Source: Patescibacteria group bacterium
GTDB lineage: Bacteria; Patescibacteriota; Patescibacteriia; UBA9934
NCBI GenBank assembly: GCA_049296775.1
Contig: JBAQTB010000003.1
Coordinates: forward strand, 76,766-140,765
Direction: 5' to 3'
DNA length: 64,000 nucleotides
Shown in pieces: positions 17,502-26,766 of this stretch. Numbering within the stretch: position 1 is the stretch's first letter; each line of letters starts with the position of its first letter. Made by a program: the position numbers and the translations under genes. The notes under the pieces were generated by a model, which was given only the letters and a program-made list of their open reading frames with translations, had not been told where the DNA came from and did not search any database.

Positions 17502-18100
17502 TTCAACAATATACTTGCCCGATGCATCCGGAGGTGGTGTCTGATCAGCCAGGGACATGCCCTAAGTGTGGGATGGCGTTGGTGGAGATGAGCGTGGTTA
17601 AGGTCGCTCAACCGGCTCAGCCGGGGGGCGCCTGGAGTAGGTACCAACCGTTAGCGGTGGTGGTTTTGATGATTACGGCGGTGACGGCGGTTAGTTCGGC
17701 GGCTGATTTTGAGCTACAGTCCGCCTTGATGACCTTCATGATCGGATTCTTTTTGGTCTTTGGTAGCTTTAAGCTCATGGATCTGAAGGGCTTTGTGGAG
17801 GGTTATGCTACTTATGATTTATTGGCTGCAAAATTTAAAGGGTATGGTTACGTCTACCCGTTTATTGAGATCGCCTTTGGTTTGTTGATGCTCGGAGGTT
17901 ACCATCCGGATTGGCTGTTGGGCGTGGAGTTTGGGGTGATGGCTTTTAGTGGCTTGGGAGTCTCGATAAAATTAGCCAAGGGGGAGAAATTCACTTGCGC
18001 TTGTCTAGGGACCTTTTTGAAGGTACCTTTGACCTACGTCACTCTGGTAGAAGATTTTGGCATGGCGATTATGGCTTTATTGCTGATTTTGGCGTTTTAA
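17498..18100 (+). CDS. Heavy-metal-binding domain (CPxHPEV...CPKCGM) fused to a MauE/DoxX-like membrane domain
   Basis: N-terminal YTCPMHPEVVSDQPGTCPKCGMAL, then 4 TM helices with FTCACLG. The ATG overlaps the preceding stop (ATGA). Confidence 0.5.
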   Translation: MIQQYTCPMHPEVVSDQPGTCPKCGMALVEMSVVKVAQPAQPGGAWSRYQPLAVVVLMITAVTAVSSAADFELQSALMTFMIGFFLVFGSFKLMDLKGFVEGYATYDLLAAKFKGYGYVYPFIEIAFGLLMLGGYHPDWLLGVEFGVMAFSGLGVSIKLAKGEKFTCACLGTFLKVPLTYVTLVEDFGMAIMALLLILAF

Positions 18101-18130
18101 TCCCTCCGATGAAGTAAGAAAGAAGAAAGT

Positions 18131-19399
18131 ATGCGGGTTGGAATCATCGGAGCGGGCGCAGCGGGCATGATGTGTGCCGCGACTTTGCAAGAGGCCAATC
18201 CTGAGGTCGAGATTTTTTTGTTGGATAGAAATGATGGTTTAGGGAAAAAGGTGATTATTTCTGGAGGTGGCCGTTGCAACGTGACGACCGGCATTCACGA
18301 TGTCCAGATGGTATTGGCTAAGTATCCTAGAGGGAGTAAATTTTTGATTCGTGCCATGTTGAATTTTCCTCCGCAAGCAGTGTTTGCCTGGTTTGTGGAG
18401 CACGGTGTGCCGCTCAAAACTGAGGACGATTTACGTGTGTTCCCAGAATCGAATAATGGCAAAGATGTTGTAGGCGTGTTTGAACGCTTGTTTGCGGCAG
18501 GTAAAACTCGGTTGTTGCTGAAAAGTTCAGTGGTTAAGATCGATAAGCAAGGTGATGTTTTTGCGCTGCACATTAAAGATCAACCCACGCCGCTCATGGT
18601 CGATAAGTTAGTCCTGACAACAGGTGGTCAGGCTTACCGGCAGACGGGATCGACGGGAGATGGTTACGCTTTTGCAATGTCACTTGGTCATACGGTAACC
18701 GCGCTAGCACCAAGCTTGAATGCTTTTTATACCAAGCAAACCTGGCCGGCTAAAATTTCTGGCCTGTCCTTTAAAAAGGCTACTATCACCGCCCGCCGTG
18801 ATCGGACTCCGCATTTTACGGGACCGTTTTTGTTTACGCATAAAGGCGTGAGTGGTCCGGCGGTCTTTGCGTTATCTTCTTTGGTAGCGTTTGAGAAGTA
18901 TGATGCCACCTTGCCGTTAGACATTACGATCGATATTTTTCCAGATGAAACCAGCGAGGCCTTACGCGGCCGGTTTGAGTTACTCATGGCAGATAAACAG
19001 AATAAGCAGTTCTCAAATGTTCTAGGTTTATTGGTGCCGAAATCTTTAGCCGAGGTGGTGGTAAGTGAATTGGAAATTTCTGAAACTAAACGCGTTAATC
19101 AAGTGGCCAAAAAAGAGATTAATAAAGTTATTGATTGGTTGAAAGCTATTCCACTCTCCGTGATCGCCAGAGGAGCCGGAGATGAGTTTGTCACGGCTGG
19201 TGGGGTGGAATTGTCAGAGATTGATCCCAAGACTTTGAGCTCCAAGATCTGCCCTGGTTTATATTTTGCTGGGGAAGTTATGGACGTTGACGGCTTCACT
19301 GGTGGCTTCAATTTACAGGCCTCCTGGGCCGCCGGCAGACTAGCCGGGCAGAGTTTAGCTGACGAGATTTTGCATTCTCGCACTTCGAACGAAGGTTAG
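18131..19399 (+). CDS. BaiN/HI0933-family NAD(P)/FAD-dependent oxidoreductase
   Basis: VGIIGAGAAGMMCA (FAD-binding GxGxxG) and KKVIISGGGRCNVTT (HI0933 signature). Confidence 0.7.
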   Translation: MRVGIIGAGAAGMMCAATLQEANPEVEIFLLDRNDGLGKKVIISGGGRCNVTTGIHDVQMVLAKYPRGSKFLIRAMLNFPPQAVFAWFVEHGVPLKTEDDLRVFPESNNGKDVVGVFERLFAAGKTRLLLKSSVVKIDKQGDVFALHIKDQPTPLMVDKLVLTTGGQAYRQTGSTGDGYAFAMSLGHTVTALAPSLNAFYTKQTWPAKISGLSFKKATITARRDRTPHFTGPFLFTHKGVSGPAVFALSSLVAFEKYDATLPLDITIDIFPDETSEALRGRFELLMADKQNKQFSNVLGLLVPKSLAEVVVSELEISETKRVNQVAKKEINKVIDWLKAIPLSVIARGAGDEFVTAGGVELSEIDPKTLSSKICPGLYFAGEVMDVDGFTGGFNLQASWAAGRLAGQSLADEILHSRTSNEG

Positions 19400-19505
19400 A
19401 AGTCTCATCGCTCTTCACCTTAACAACTAAAATATAAGTTCTATCCTCATTGCCAGGTTCTTCCATTTCTTCGATCTTTACGTTAACCTGTCATGGGGGT
19501 GATTA

Positions 19506-19994
19506 ATGGCAATTGTCGCAATTGGATTGGGTGGCAATTTGGACCATCCACTCCCTAGGCTGAGGCGAGTGGTGGCGGACTTGAGTAGGTTTATAGACAG
19601 GGGGAGGCTGTCTAGGTTTTATGAAACCCGGGCCTTCCCGGATCCAAGCGAACCGAACTTTGTCAACGCGGTGTTTGTGGGGAGAACTGTGTTTTCGCCA
19701 CCGGATGTGCTTGAGAAATTACAGGACATCGAGGTCAAACACGGACGGATCAAGCGGGGTCGTTGGAAGAGTCGGGAGGTGGATCTAGACCTCATATTCT
19801 ATGACGATCTCGTCTTGACCACTGCGGATCTGATTGTTCCGCATGCTTTTATGCATGAGCGAGATTGCGTGCTGAAGCCGCTCAAGGAGATATACCCAAC
19901 TTGGCGACATCCTGTCTTGGGCCTGGATATCAATCAAATGATCACTGCGCTAGACCAGGAGACATTGTCGATCATCCGAGTGGTGATCGAATAG
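19506..19994 (+). CDS. folK: 2-amino-4-hydroxy-6-hydroxymethyldihydropteridine pyrophosphokinase (HPPK)
   Basis: AIVAIGLGGNL ... SRFYETRAFPDPSEPNFVNAV ... REVDLDLIFYDDLV are HPPK motifs. Confidence 0.8.
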   Translation: MAIVAIGLGGNLDHPLPRLRRVVADLSRFIDRGRLSRFYETRAFPDPSEPNFVNAVFVGRTVFSPPDVLEKLQDIEVKHGRIKRGRWKSREVDLDLIFYDDLVLTTADLIVPHAFMHERDCVLKPLKEIYPTWRHPVLGLDINQMITALDQETLSIIRVVIE

Positions 19995-20173
19995 TCCTAT
20001 TCCGTCTCATGCTGATGTGTGAATACGGAACTTATCCCAGCCCACTCGTGGCTGGGATTTTCTTGACAATTTCCAATTTTTGGCGCTAAATGGACGGTCA
20101 GTTGATTTGCTGTATGTTGCTTATGGTTATAGGCAATACTGAGGAGATCAATTTCTGATCTTGGGAGGTAGCC

Positions 20174-20959
20174 GTGGAACTCACCGATAAAGAGATGTTT
20201 GTGTTGATGTGTACTAAGGGTGTCGACCCGGCCAAGGCCTGGAAGCGTTACCAGTATTGGCGAAAGGTGTTTGCACGCATGCCGCAGCGTGAAATGGCGG
20301 AGGGGGCGGCGGAGGACGACGAGCCAATCATGGTGCCGTGTGACTGGCCAACGTACGTGGCCAGGCGTCCGGTGACTGCGGCAGAAGCTGGGGAGTTGAT
20401 CGACTTCCTGGCGAAAAGCGGCAAGGTGGCGCTGAGCAAAGTGCCGCTATATTCTGCGGAATGCAGCGACTCTTTACCCTATCTGTCCGAGGTGGGCATT
20501 GCGCGTGAAGATTTCAAGGCTATAGTGAAGCAGACCTTTGGTGCGGCCGGATTCGAACGTCGCCCGGGGCTTGAGTCAATCGTCGATGTTCGGGAGATGC
20601 CGGGCTGGGACTACTTTTATGAGCACACCGAGCCCGGGCGGTCAATTCGGCGTTGCTTCGACGGCCTGGATAGAGCCAGGGAGAAGCTTAATGAGCTGCT
20701 TGGTTACGAGGCCCTAGAGGATGGCTATGTGCCCCTCTTTGACTTCCATTCTGGCTTAGCCGAGCAGATGCTCGGCGAGGATATCTCGCCAGCATTCGGT
20801 GGTGATGATATCTGCGGTTTGCTGGTCTGGCCATTGCCAGTCCTGCTCGCGCAGGAGCCGGAGTTGGGTGAAAAGCTGGGGCGATTGGTACGTACTTGTA
20901 CCAGGGTCCAGATCAAATGGGAGAATGGAGCGTGGCTCGTCTACGGCTTGCCGGACTAG
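20174..20959 (+). CDS. Hypothetical protein (GTG start, GGGAGG RBS 5 nt upstream)
   Basis: A 261-aa ORF with noticeably higher GC (about 57%) than its neighbours. Confidence 0.4.
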   Translation: MELTDKEMFVLMCTKGVDPAKAWKRYQYWRKVFARMPQREMAEGAAEDDEPIMVPCDWPTYVARRPVTAAEAGELIDFLAKSGKVALSKVPLYSAECSDSLPYLSEVGIAREDFKAIVKQTFGAAGFERRPGLESIVDVREMPGWDYFYEHTEPGRSIRRCFDGLDRAREKLNELLGYEALEDGYVPLFDFHSGLAEQMLGEDISPAFGGDDICGLLVWPLPVLLAQEPELGEKLGRLVRTCTRVQIKWENGAWLVYGLPD

Positions 20960-21133
20960 GCTCGCAATTTACTCGTCAATATGACGAGTCGTGCAGCGAC
21001 AAGGTACATCCTTGTCGCTGCTCAAGCTAAGAACATGACACGTGCAGTCGTGCGTTTAGCTTGAGTGATTAGTGAGGTCGAGGGTTTTAGTTTATACTGA
21101 CTCAGCTGAGTTTTAATTGGCTTTGGGTCTGGT

Positions 21134-22090
21134 ATGACTTACGTGTTATTGATCGTGGGCTTTGCGTTACTCATTAAGGGCGCTGATTGGTTGGTGAACG
21201 GGGCGTCGTCCGTGGCGACTAAATTCAAAATCTCAAATTTAGTCATTGGATTAACCATTGTCGCCTTTGGCACGAGCATGCCAGAGCTGTTTGTGAATTT
21301 GTTTGCGTCATTTCAGGATAAGGCCGACATCGCTATTGGGAATGTGGTCGGGAGTAACTTAGTGAATACGTTATTGATTTTAGGAGTAGCGGCGGTGATT
21401 TATCCGCTCAAGGTCGTTAGAGGCACGGTGTGGAAGGAGATTCCTATGAGTTTGTTGGCCGGTGTCATGGTCTTTGTGTTGGCTAACGATGGTTTGATAA
21501 ATGGAGGTGATGTCAATGTTCTCTCTAGAATCGACGGCATCATTTTGATGATCTTTTTTGGCTTCTTTGGCCTGTATCTATTCGACCTCTCCAAAACTCA
21601 GGTGATCCACCAGGAACAGATAGAGCCCAAACAGTACCCAGTTTCGCGATCAGCTGCTCTGGTCCTGATCGGGATTGTGAGTTTAGTGTTGGGCGGACAG
21701 ATGATCGTGCAGAGTGCGAGTGAGATTGCGGTTACTTTTGGCTTGAGTCAAGCATTGATTGGTCTGACGATCGTCGCCGTGGGTACGTCATTACCGGAAT
21801 TAGCGACCTCAGCGGTGGCGGCGTATAAGAAAAATGCGGATATTGCGGTGGGCAATGTGGTGGGGTCGAATATTTTTAATGTCTTTTGGGTGTTGGGCTT
21901 GAGTGCGGTGATTAGACCTGTACCTTTTCAGGCGAGTTTGAACTGGGATGTCGGCTTGGTAATCGCCGCGAGTTTATTGTTATTTATTGCCATGTTTGTG
22001 GGCAAGAAATACATTCTGCAACGCTGGCAAGGTGTACTGCTGATCTTGGCTTACGTGGCGTATATTGTGATGGTGGTGATGAGGGGGTAG
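21134..22090 (+). CDS. Ca2+/Na+ antiporter (CaCA family, YrbG-like)
   Basis: Two alpha-repeats, GTSMPELFVN and GTSLPELATS. Confidence 0.8.
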   Translation: MTYVLLIVGFALLIKGADWLVNGASSVATKFKISNLVIGLTIVAFGTSMPELFVNLFASFQDKADIAIGNVVGSNLVNTLLILGVAAVIYPLKVVRGTVWKEIPMSLLAGVMVFVLANDGLINGGDVNVLSRIDGIILMIFFGFFGLYLFDLSKTQVIHQEQIEPKQYPVSRSAALVLIGIVSLVLGGQMIVQSASEIAVTFGLSQALIGLTIVAVGTSLPELATSAVAAYKKNADIAVGNVVGSNIFNVFWVLGLSAVIRPVPFQASLNWDVGLVIAASLLLFIAMFVGKKYILQRWQGVLLILAYVAYIVMVVMRG

Positions 22091-22232
22091 CTGTAAGGTT
22101 AAAATAATGGTATAATATTGGTATAAATTTAAGTGATTAAGCGTATGGCCAAGGGCATGAATTCACGTAAGAATGTTAAGAAGCCTAAGAAAGATGCTAA
22201 GAAGAAGTAGGTTTATTATTTAACGTCTGTTT

Positions 22233-22730
22233 ATGAAGAAATTGCTAGGGCTATTTGCAGTGTTAGTCATGCTCGGAGCTGGTTGTGCAGAAGTAACCGT
22301 GGACAATACCACCCCAGACACATCCGCTAATGGTGAAGAGCCTAGCGCAATGATCGACGCGACTTTGACGGTATCGCTCAGTGAACTCAAGAATAATATC
22401 TTGGATGCTAAGAAAGATGTCAGCGCGTATGTGTATACGGCTGATTCTGGGACATGCGTAGGCCAGGGTGCACCGGCGGTGATTTCATACCATGAAGATA
22501 CTACGCTGAAGTATTTCGTGGTCGATTCTGGTGATGGCGTGTATTCAGATAACTCTGTGTCGGCCACTGCGGGTAACTTAATTACTTTCAATGAGGTGCC
22601 TTTGACTGGTGGCGCTGCTACCTGTCAGATCCAGGTTTCATACGGCAAGGATACTGGTACTTACACGTGTAAGATTGCAGATAAAGAGGTGTGTGCTTCA
22701 ACTGTGACCGCGACTGCGACCATGCGCTAA
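22233..22730 (+). CDS. Lipoprotein, hypothetical
   Basis: Signal peptide plus lipobox LGAGC. Confidence 0.45.
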   Translation: MKKLLGLFAVLVMLGAGCAEVTVDNTTPDTSANGEEPSAMIDATLTVSLSELKNNILDAKKDVSAYVYTADSGTCVGQGAPAVISYHEDTTLKYFVVDSGDGVYSDNSVSATAGNLITFNEVPLTGGAATCQIQVSYGKDTGTYTCKIADKEVCASTVTATATMR

Positions 22731-22753
22731 TCATCCCTTAAACGTTAGTGTAA

Positions 22754-22786
22754 AACCCCCGGACTTGTTCGGGGGTTTTGTGACTT
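22754..22786 (+). terminator. Rho-independent terminator
   Basis: aaaacccccggacttgttcgggggttttg. Confidence 0.7.
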
Positions 22787-22795
22787 GTATACTGA

Positions 22796-23152
22796 ATGCA
22801 ATCTTGGCTTATGGTTAGCATGCCAGACAAATTCACCCCAGCGACCCCTGAATGGCAGGTGCGGATTCGGGCACTTGTAAAAAAGTATCAGACTGAGATC
22901 GCTAAGACTCATCCGATTACCAACGATTGGCAGTGGAATGTGAATGATTACGGTTACTTGGGTGTGAATATTCAGGCTAATGGGACTTTGGTGTGGTATG
23001 ACCACCGGCATAACACTTTGGACGGGAATGCTTGGGGCGCGGAGCAGCCGATCCAAGATTTTTTAGACAATGGGCCGAAGTATCCGAATCTAGACGTGCC
23101 GGAAGAAGTTTTAGCCCAAGTGTACGCCAAAGGTTTGGCGCAACGAGGATAG
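22796..23152 (+). CDS. Hypothetical protein
   Basis: ORF only. Confidence 0.3.
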   Translation: MQSWLMVSMPDKFTPATPEWQVRIRALVKKYQTEIAKTHPITNDWQWNVNDYGYLGVNIQANGTLVWYDHRHNTLDGNAWGAEQPIQDFLDNGPKYPNLDVPEEVLAQVYAKGLAQRG

Positions 23153-23276
23153 GCTGGGGAGGTCGTTGCTGGTTACTCCTTGACTCGATCACTGCTTTGC
23201 GTTACTTTACTTAGTTGAGGACGCCTAAACCGGCAGATGGGCCGGGGAAGGCAGTTTCAATGTTTGGAGGAGTGTC

Positions 23277-23708
23277 ATGATCGATCCGGCTGTAGCCGAG
23301 ATGCTGCTGCAGACCCTCATGTGCAATTTGCACATGTTTCGCAACGTACAAGCGTATGTTGAGAACCAGTCGTGGGCAGAGGGACTTGATGTTTTGCTCA
23401 GCTTAACTAGGGTCGTGCGAGATCACGTGTCTAACCTAGGTTTCGATGAGGCTGACCATGACGAAGAGAGGATGTGTTTAACTGTCGCCTACATGCTCAG
23501 GGTCGAGCTGCAGACAGGGCGATACGAGAGGGCGAGGAAGAATTTGCGTCACTATAAATTAGAGCAGCTTGTTTTTCTTGGGTACACGTCTGAGGACGTA
23601 GCCCGTCAGCACTTGAGAGATTTAGAGCAGTTCGTACGCTGGACATCAAAATGTGGGTTGCCTGTCCAGACCCTGGTAGTCGGATACGAGCAGGCCGCGG
23701 AGGCCTAA
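23277..23708 (+). CDS. Hypothetical protein
   Basis: ORF only. Confidence 0.3.
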   Translation: MIDPAVAEMLLQTLMCNLHMFRNVQAYVENQSWAEGLDVLLSLTRVVRDHVSNLGFDEADHDEERMCLTVAYMLRVELQTGRYERARKNLRHYKLEQLVFLGYTSEDVARQHLRDLEQFVRWTSKCGLPVQTLVVGYEQAAEA

Positions 23709-23783
23709 CGTTATGACGCCAGCATGCGGGTATCTAGTCGATGCCCGCTTTTCTTTTTGCACGCGTGCTAAACTTATAGCCAT

Positions 23784-24296
23784 ATGGCAAAGATCACAAC
23801 GCAGGCAACACGCGATGCTTGGTGGGCGAAAGGTTTGACTTTAGGCTTGGCGATTTTGGCGTGTGAGGTGTTGGGGGCTTCTGGGAGTTTGTTTACGGGG
23901 CCAGAGATCGAGACTTGGTATGCGACTTTGACCAGGCCGGAAATAGCGCCACCTAATTGGGTGTTTGCGCCGGTGTGGACGACGCTTTTTGCATTCATGG
24001 GCATAGCGGCATGGTTGGTGTGGCGGCAGGGACTGGGCGTCCGGCAGGTTAAGCTGGGCTTAGCCGTGTTTGCCTGGCAGTTTGCGTTGAACATTTTGTG
24101 GTCAGCTGTGTTCTTTGGCTTGCATGAACCGGGGGCGGCGCTCGGCGTTATTTTAGCGTTGTGGTTATCAATCGCCGGCACGATGTTGGCTTTTTACAAA
24201 GTATCTCGGCCAGCAGCCTGGTTGTTGTTGCCGTATCTACTTTGGGTAAGTTTTGCGACGTATTTAAATTATGCGTTTTGGCTATTGAATAGCTAG
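23784..24296 (+). CDS. tspO: TspO/MBR family tryptophan-rich sensory protein
   Basis: WYATLTRPEIAPPNWVFAPVWTTLFAFMGIAAWLVW. Confidence 0.75.
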   Translation: MAKITTQATRDAWWAKGLTLGLAILACEVLGASGSLFTGPEIETWYATLTRPEIAPPNWVFAPVWTTLFAFMGIAAWLVWRQGLGVRQVKLGLAVFAWQFALNILWSAVFFGLHEPGAALGVILALWLSIAGTMLAFYKVSRPAAWLLLPYLLWVSFATYLNYAFWLLNS

Positions 24297-24357
24297 TTGT
24301 CGTTAGGTGACTTTTGAGGCATGCTCAGAATGAATTTGAATTTTTATTGATCCCCGT

Positions 24358-24747
24358 ATGTTGAACAGAGTTGTGCATTTTGAGATTCATGCGGATGACA
24401 TAGAGCGGGCTAGAGCTTTTTACACAGAGGTCTTTGGTTGGGAAATTTCGCAATGGTCTGGGATGGATTATTGGATGGTCATGACAGCGCCCAAGGATTC
24501 TCCTGAACCGGGAATTAACGGCGGCTTATTGCAGCGCCCAGCGCCGATTATGGGCATGGGCATGAACGCCTTTGTCTGTACCATTCAGGTGGAGGATATC
24601 GATGCCATCATCGCTAAACTCGAAGCGCATAAATGTGAAGTTGCGATGTCTAAGTTTGCCTTTCCGGGCATGGCTTGGCAGGCGTATTACAAAGACACGG
24701 AGGGCAATGTCTTTGGGATTCATCAGGCTGACGCTAATGCTAAATAA
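24358..24747 (+). CDS. VOC family (glyoxalase/bleomycin resistance) protein
   Basis: [23 protein letters not shown]. Confidence 0.6.
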   Translation: MLNRVVHFEIHADDIERARAFYTEVFGWEISQWSGMDYWMVMTAPKDSPEPGINGGLLQRPAPIMGMGMNAFVCTIQVEDIDAIIAKLEAHKCEVAMSKFAFPGMAWQAYYKDTEGNVFGIHQADANAK

Positions 24748-24749
24748 GT

Positions 24750-25238
24750 ATGTTGAAAACTGCTGTGTTCGCTGGGGGTTGTTTTTGGGGCCTGGAAGAC
24801 TTGATCCGGGCTTTGCCAGGCGTGCAGACGACTGAAGTGGGCTACACCGGCGGCACCAATCAAAATCCCACTTATGAAAATCATCCCGGTCATGCTGAAG
24901 CGGTACAGATAACTTATGACTCAGCCGTGACGAGTTATAAAAACTTGTTAGATTTCTTTTTCCGCGTGCACGATCCCACTACTTTGAACAGACAGGGGAA
25001 CGATGTTGGTTCGGCCTACCGCTCAGCGATTTTTTACGGCACTGAAGACGAGAAGTTGGCGGCCGAAGCGTTTATCGAGATCGTAAATAAATCTGGGCGT
25101 TGGCCGAAGCCGGTGGCAACTAGCTTGGAGCCGTTGACGCAATTCTATCCAGCCGAGACTTATCACCAAGATTACTTACAAAAAGATCCTGGTGGCTATA
25201 CCTGCCATTTTGTGCGATTTGAGAGCTATTTAGAATAA
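24750..25238 (+). CDS. msrA: Peptide methionine sulfoxide reductase MsrA
   Basis: [10 protein letters not shown] ... the active-site GCFWG motif. Confidence 0.85.
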   Translation: MLKTAVFAGGCFWGLEDLIRALPGVQTTEVGYTGGTNQNPTYENHPGHAEAVQITYDSAVTSYKNLLDFFFRVHDPTTLNRQGNDVGSAYRSAIFYGTEDEKLAAEAFIEIVNKSGRWPKPVATSLEPLTQFYPAETYHQDYLQKDPGGYTCHFVRFESYLE

Positions 25239-25266
25239 ATTTTAGTTATTTCTGGACCCCAACCTT

Positions 25267-25310
25267 GGCACGGCGTTCGTGAACGCCGTGCCTTGACTTT
25301 TAAGTATTTT
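25267..25310 (+). terminator. Rho-independent terminator
   Basis: Perfect hairpin ggcacggcgttcgtgaacgccgtgcc followed by a T-run. Confidence 0.7.
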
Positions 25311-25353
25311 TTTGCTAAATTACTCAGTTGGCTATTGTCAACGGGAGGTCGCT

Positions 25354-26001
25354 TTGAATTCAAACCAACAGATCACCAAGCTCATCCACGGCGTGTTCAA
25401 CCGCGCTGACGACGTCCTTGAGGCCACCCTCAAGCGTCTCGTCGAGAAGGGCTTCATGGTTGACCAGTTCACCTGGATCGGTTCCGAGACCCCGTTCGAC
25501 TTCACTGAGGACATCGAGGTCGTGGTCGCGCTTGATGTGATGCTTGGCGACCTCAAGTCCACTATCGAGTTCGCCTACGAGTGGGCGGCCGAAGGACAGG
25601 AAAACGGCGGCTGGCGCTGGAAAGATCTCAGTACCGACCCGGATAAACTCCGTCTTCTGCAGGGTTCCGTGGCCTTCAAGCCGATGACCCTACGCTGGCG
25701 TCGGATCAAGCTCAACGCGAACGTCGACAAGAAGCCGATCGACGTGCGGAGCCCCGAGGCGTCCCCCGGTACCGTCCTCGTCTTCGTCGCCGCTCAGCAC
25801 CCCACTCGGGTGAAGGCGACGGACTACGTGAAGCGGTTCGGCTGGTTCGTCCCCGGTCTCGAGTGCACTGGGCCCGACTACGGGCCGTGGCGGCGCGTGC
25901 TCTGCGTCAACTTCTACCAGCACGATCGCCGGGTGGGGCTGTACGGACTCTGGCACGACGACAGCCGCATCTATCTGGCCGTTCCCGTCTTTCTGGAGTA
26001 G
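25354..26001 (+). CDS. Hypothetical protein, high-GC (about 62%) atypical gene; probable TTG start with GGGAGG RBS
   Basis: The ORF has a GC content that contrasts strongly with its flanks. It is followed by a long imperfect hairpin terminator at 26103..26170. Confidence 0.35.
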   Translation: MNSNQQITKLIHGVFNRADDVLEATLKRLVEKGFMVDQFTWIGSETPFDFTEDIEVVVALDVMLGDLKSTIEFAYEWAAEGQENGGWRWKDLSTDPDKLRLLQGSVAFKPMTLRWRRIKLNANVDKKPIDVRSPEASPGTVLVFVAAQHPTRVKATDYVKRFGWFVPGLECTGPDYGPWRRVLCVNFYQHDRRVGLYGLWHDDSRIYLAVPVFLE

Positions 26002-26257
26002 GGCACTCGGTACTAGGAAGCTTTGCGCTCGGGAGTCTTGGACCTTTGGTCCTTGGCTCCCGTCCGCGAAATGGTGAAGACACTGGTTGAACCGACGTCT
26101 CTAAGACACCCAGAAAATACTAGCCCAAACAGTGGGCAGTATTCTCCTCCGGGTGTCTTTTCTTTTTCTCTAATCTTCATTTAGCGACGGGCGCCCTGTT
26201 TACTAAAAGCCGTAATCGACCTAGACTTAGACTAACTAACCCATTAACTAAGAGCTT

Positions 26258-26722
26258 ATGTGCAAACCAGCTAATTTCTTATACTCTCGTTCTTTGGAGA
26301 TCAAAGCTCCGGCTGATAAAATTTTCCCGTTGATTAATGATTTTAAGGAGTGGGTTAAGTGGTCGCCGTACGAAAAGAAAGATCTAAACATGAGTAAGGA
26401 ATTTTCTGGTTCTCAAAGTGGTGTTGGGGCTAAATACGCTTGGTCTGGCAAGAAGTCTGGTGTAGGCAAAATGGAAATCGTGGAGTCAGCTAGCCCCATT
26501 AAAATTAATATCAAGTTGTCATTCACTAAGCCAATGAAGGCTGAGAATGATGCGCTGTTTATGTTAGAGAGTCTGGGGGAGACCACCAAAGTAACTTGGA
26601 CCATGTCAGGACAGCAGCCAATGATCGCTAGATTCATAGGGATGTTTATCAATATGGATAAACTCATTGCTAAAGATTTCGAAGCTGGTTTGAAGAATTT
26701 GGCGGCTGAAGTTGAGGCTTAA
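26258..26722 (+). CDS. SRPBCC family protein
   Basis: IKAPADKIFPLINDFKEWVKWSP is a START/Bet v1-like N-terminus. Confidence 0.5.
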   Translation: MCKPANFLYSRSLEIKAPADKIFPLINDFKEWVKWSPYEKKDLNMSKEFSGSQSGVGAKYAWSGKKSGVGKMEIVESASPIKINIKLSFTKPMKAENDALFMLESLGETTKVTWTMSGQQPMIARFIGMFINMDKLIAKDFEAGLKNLAAEVEA

Positions 26723-26766
26723 GAGTTGGTACATCGTGTGGCCAAAGTTTTTGGTATGATAGCGGC

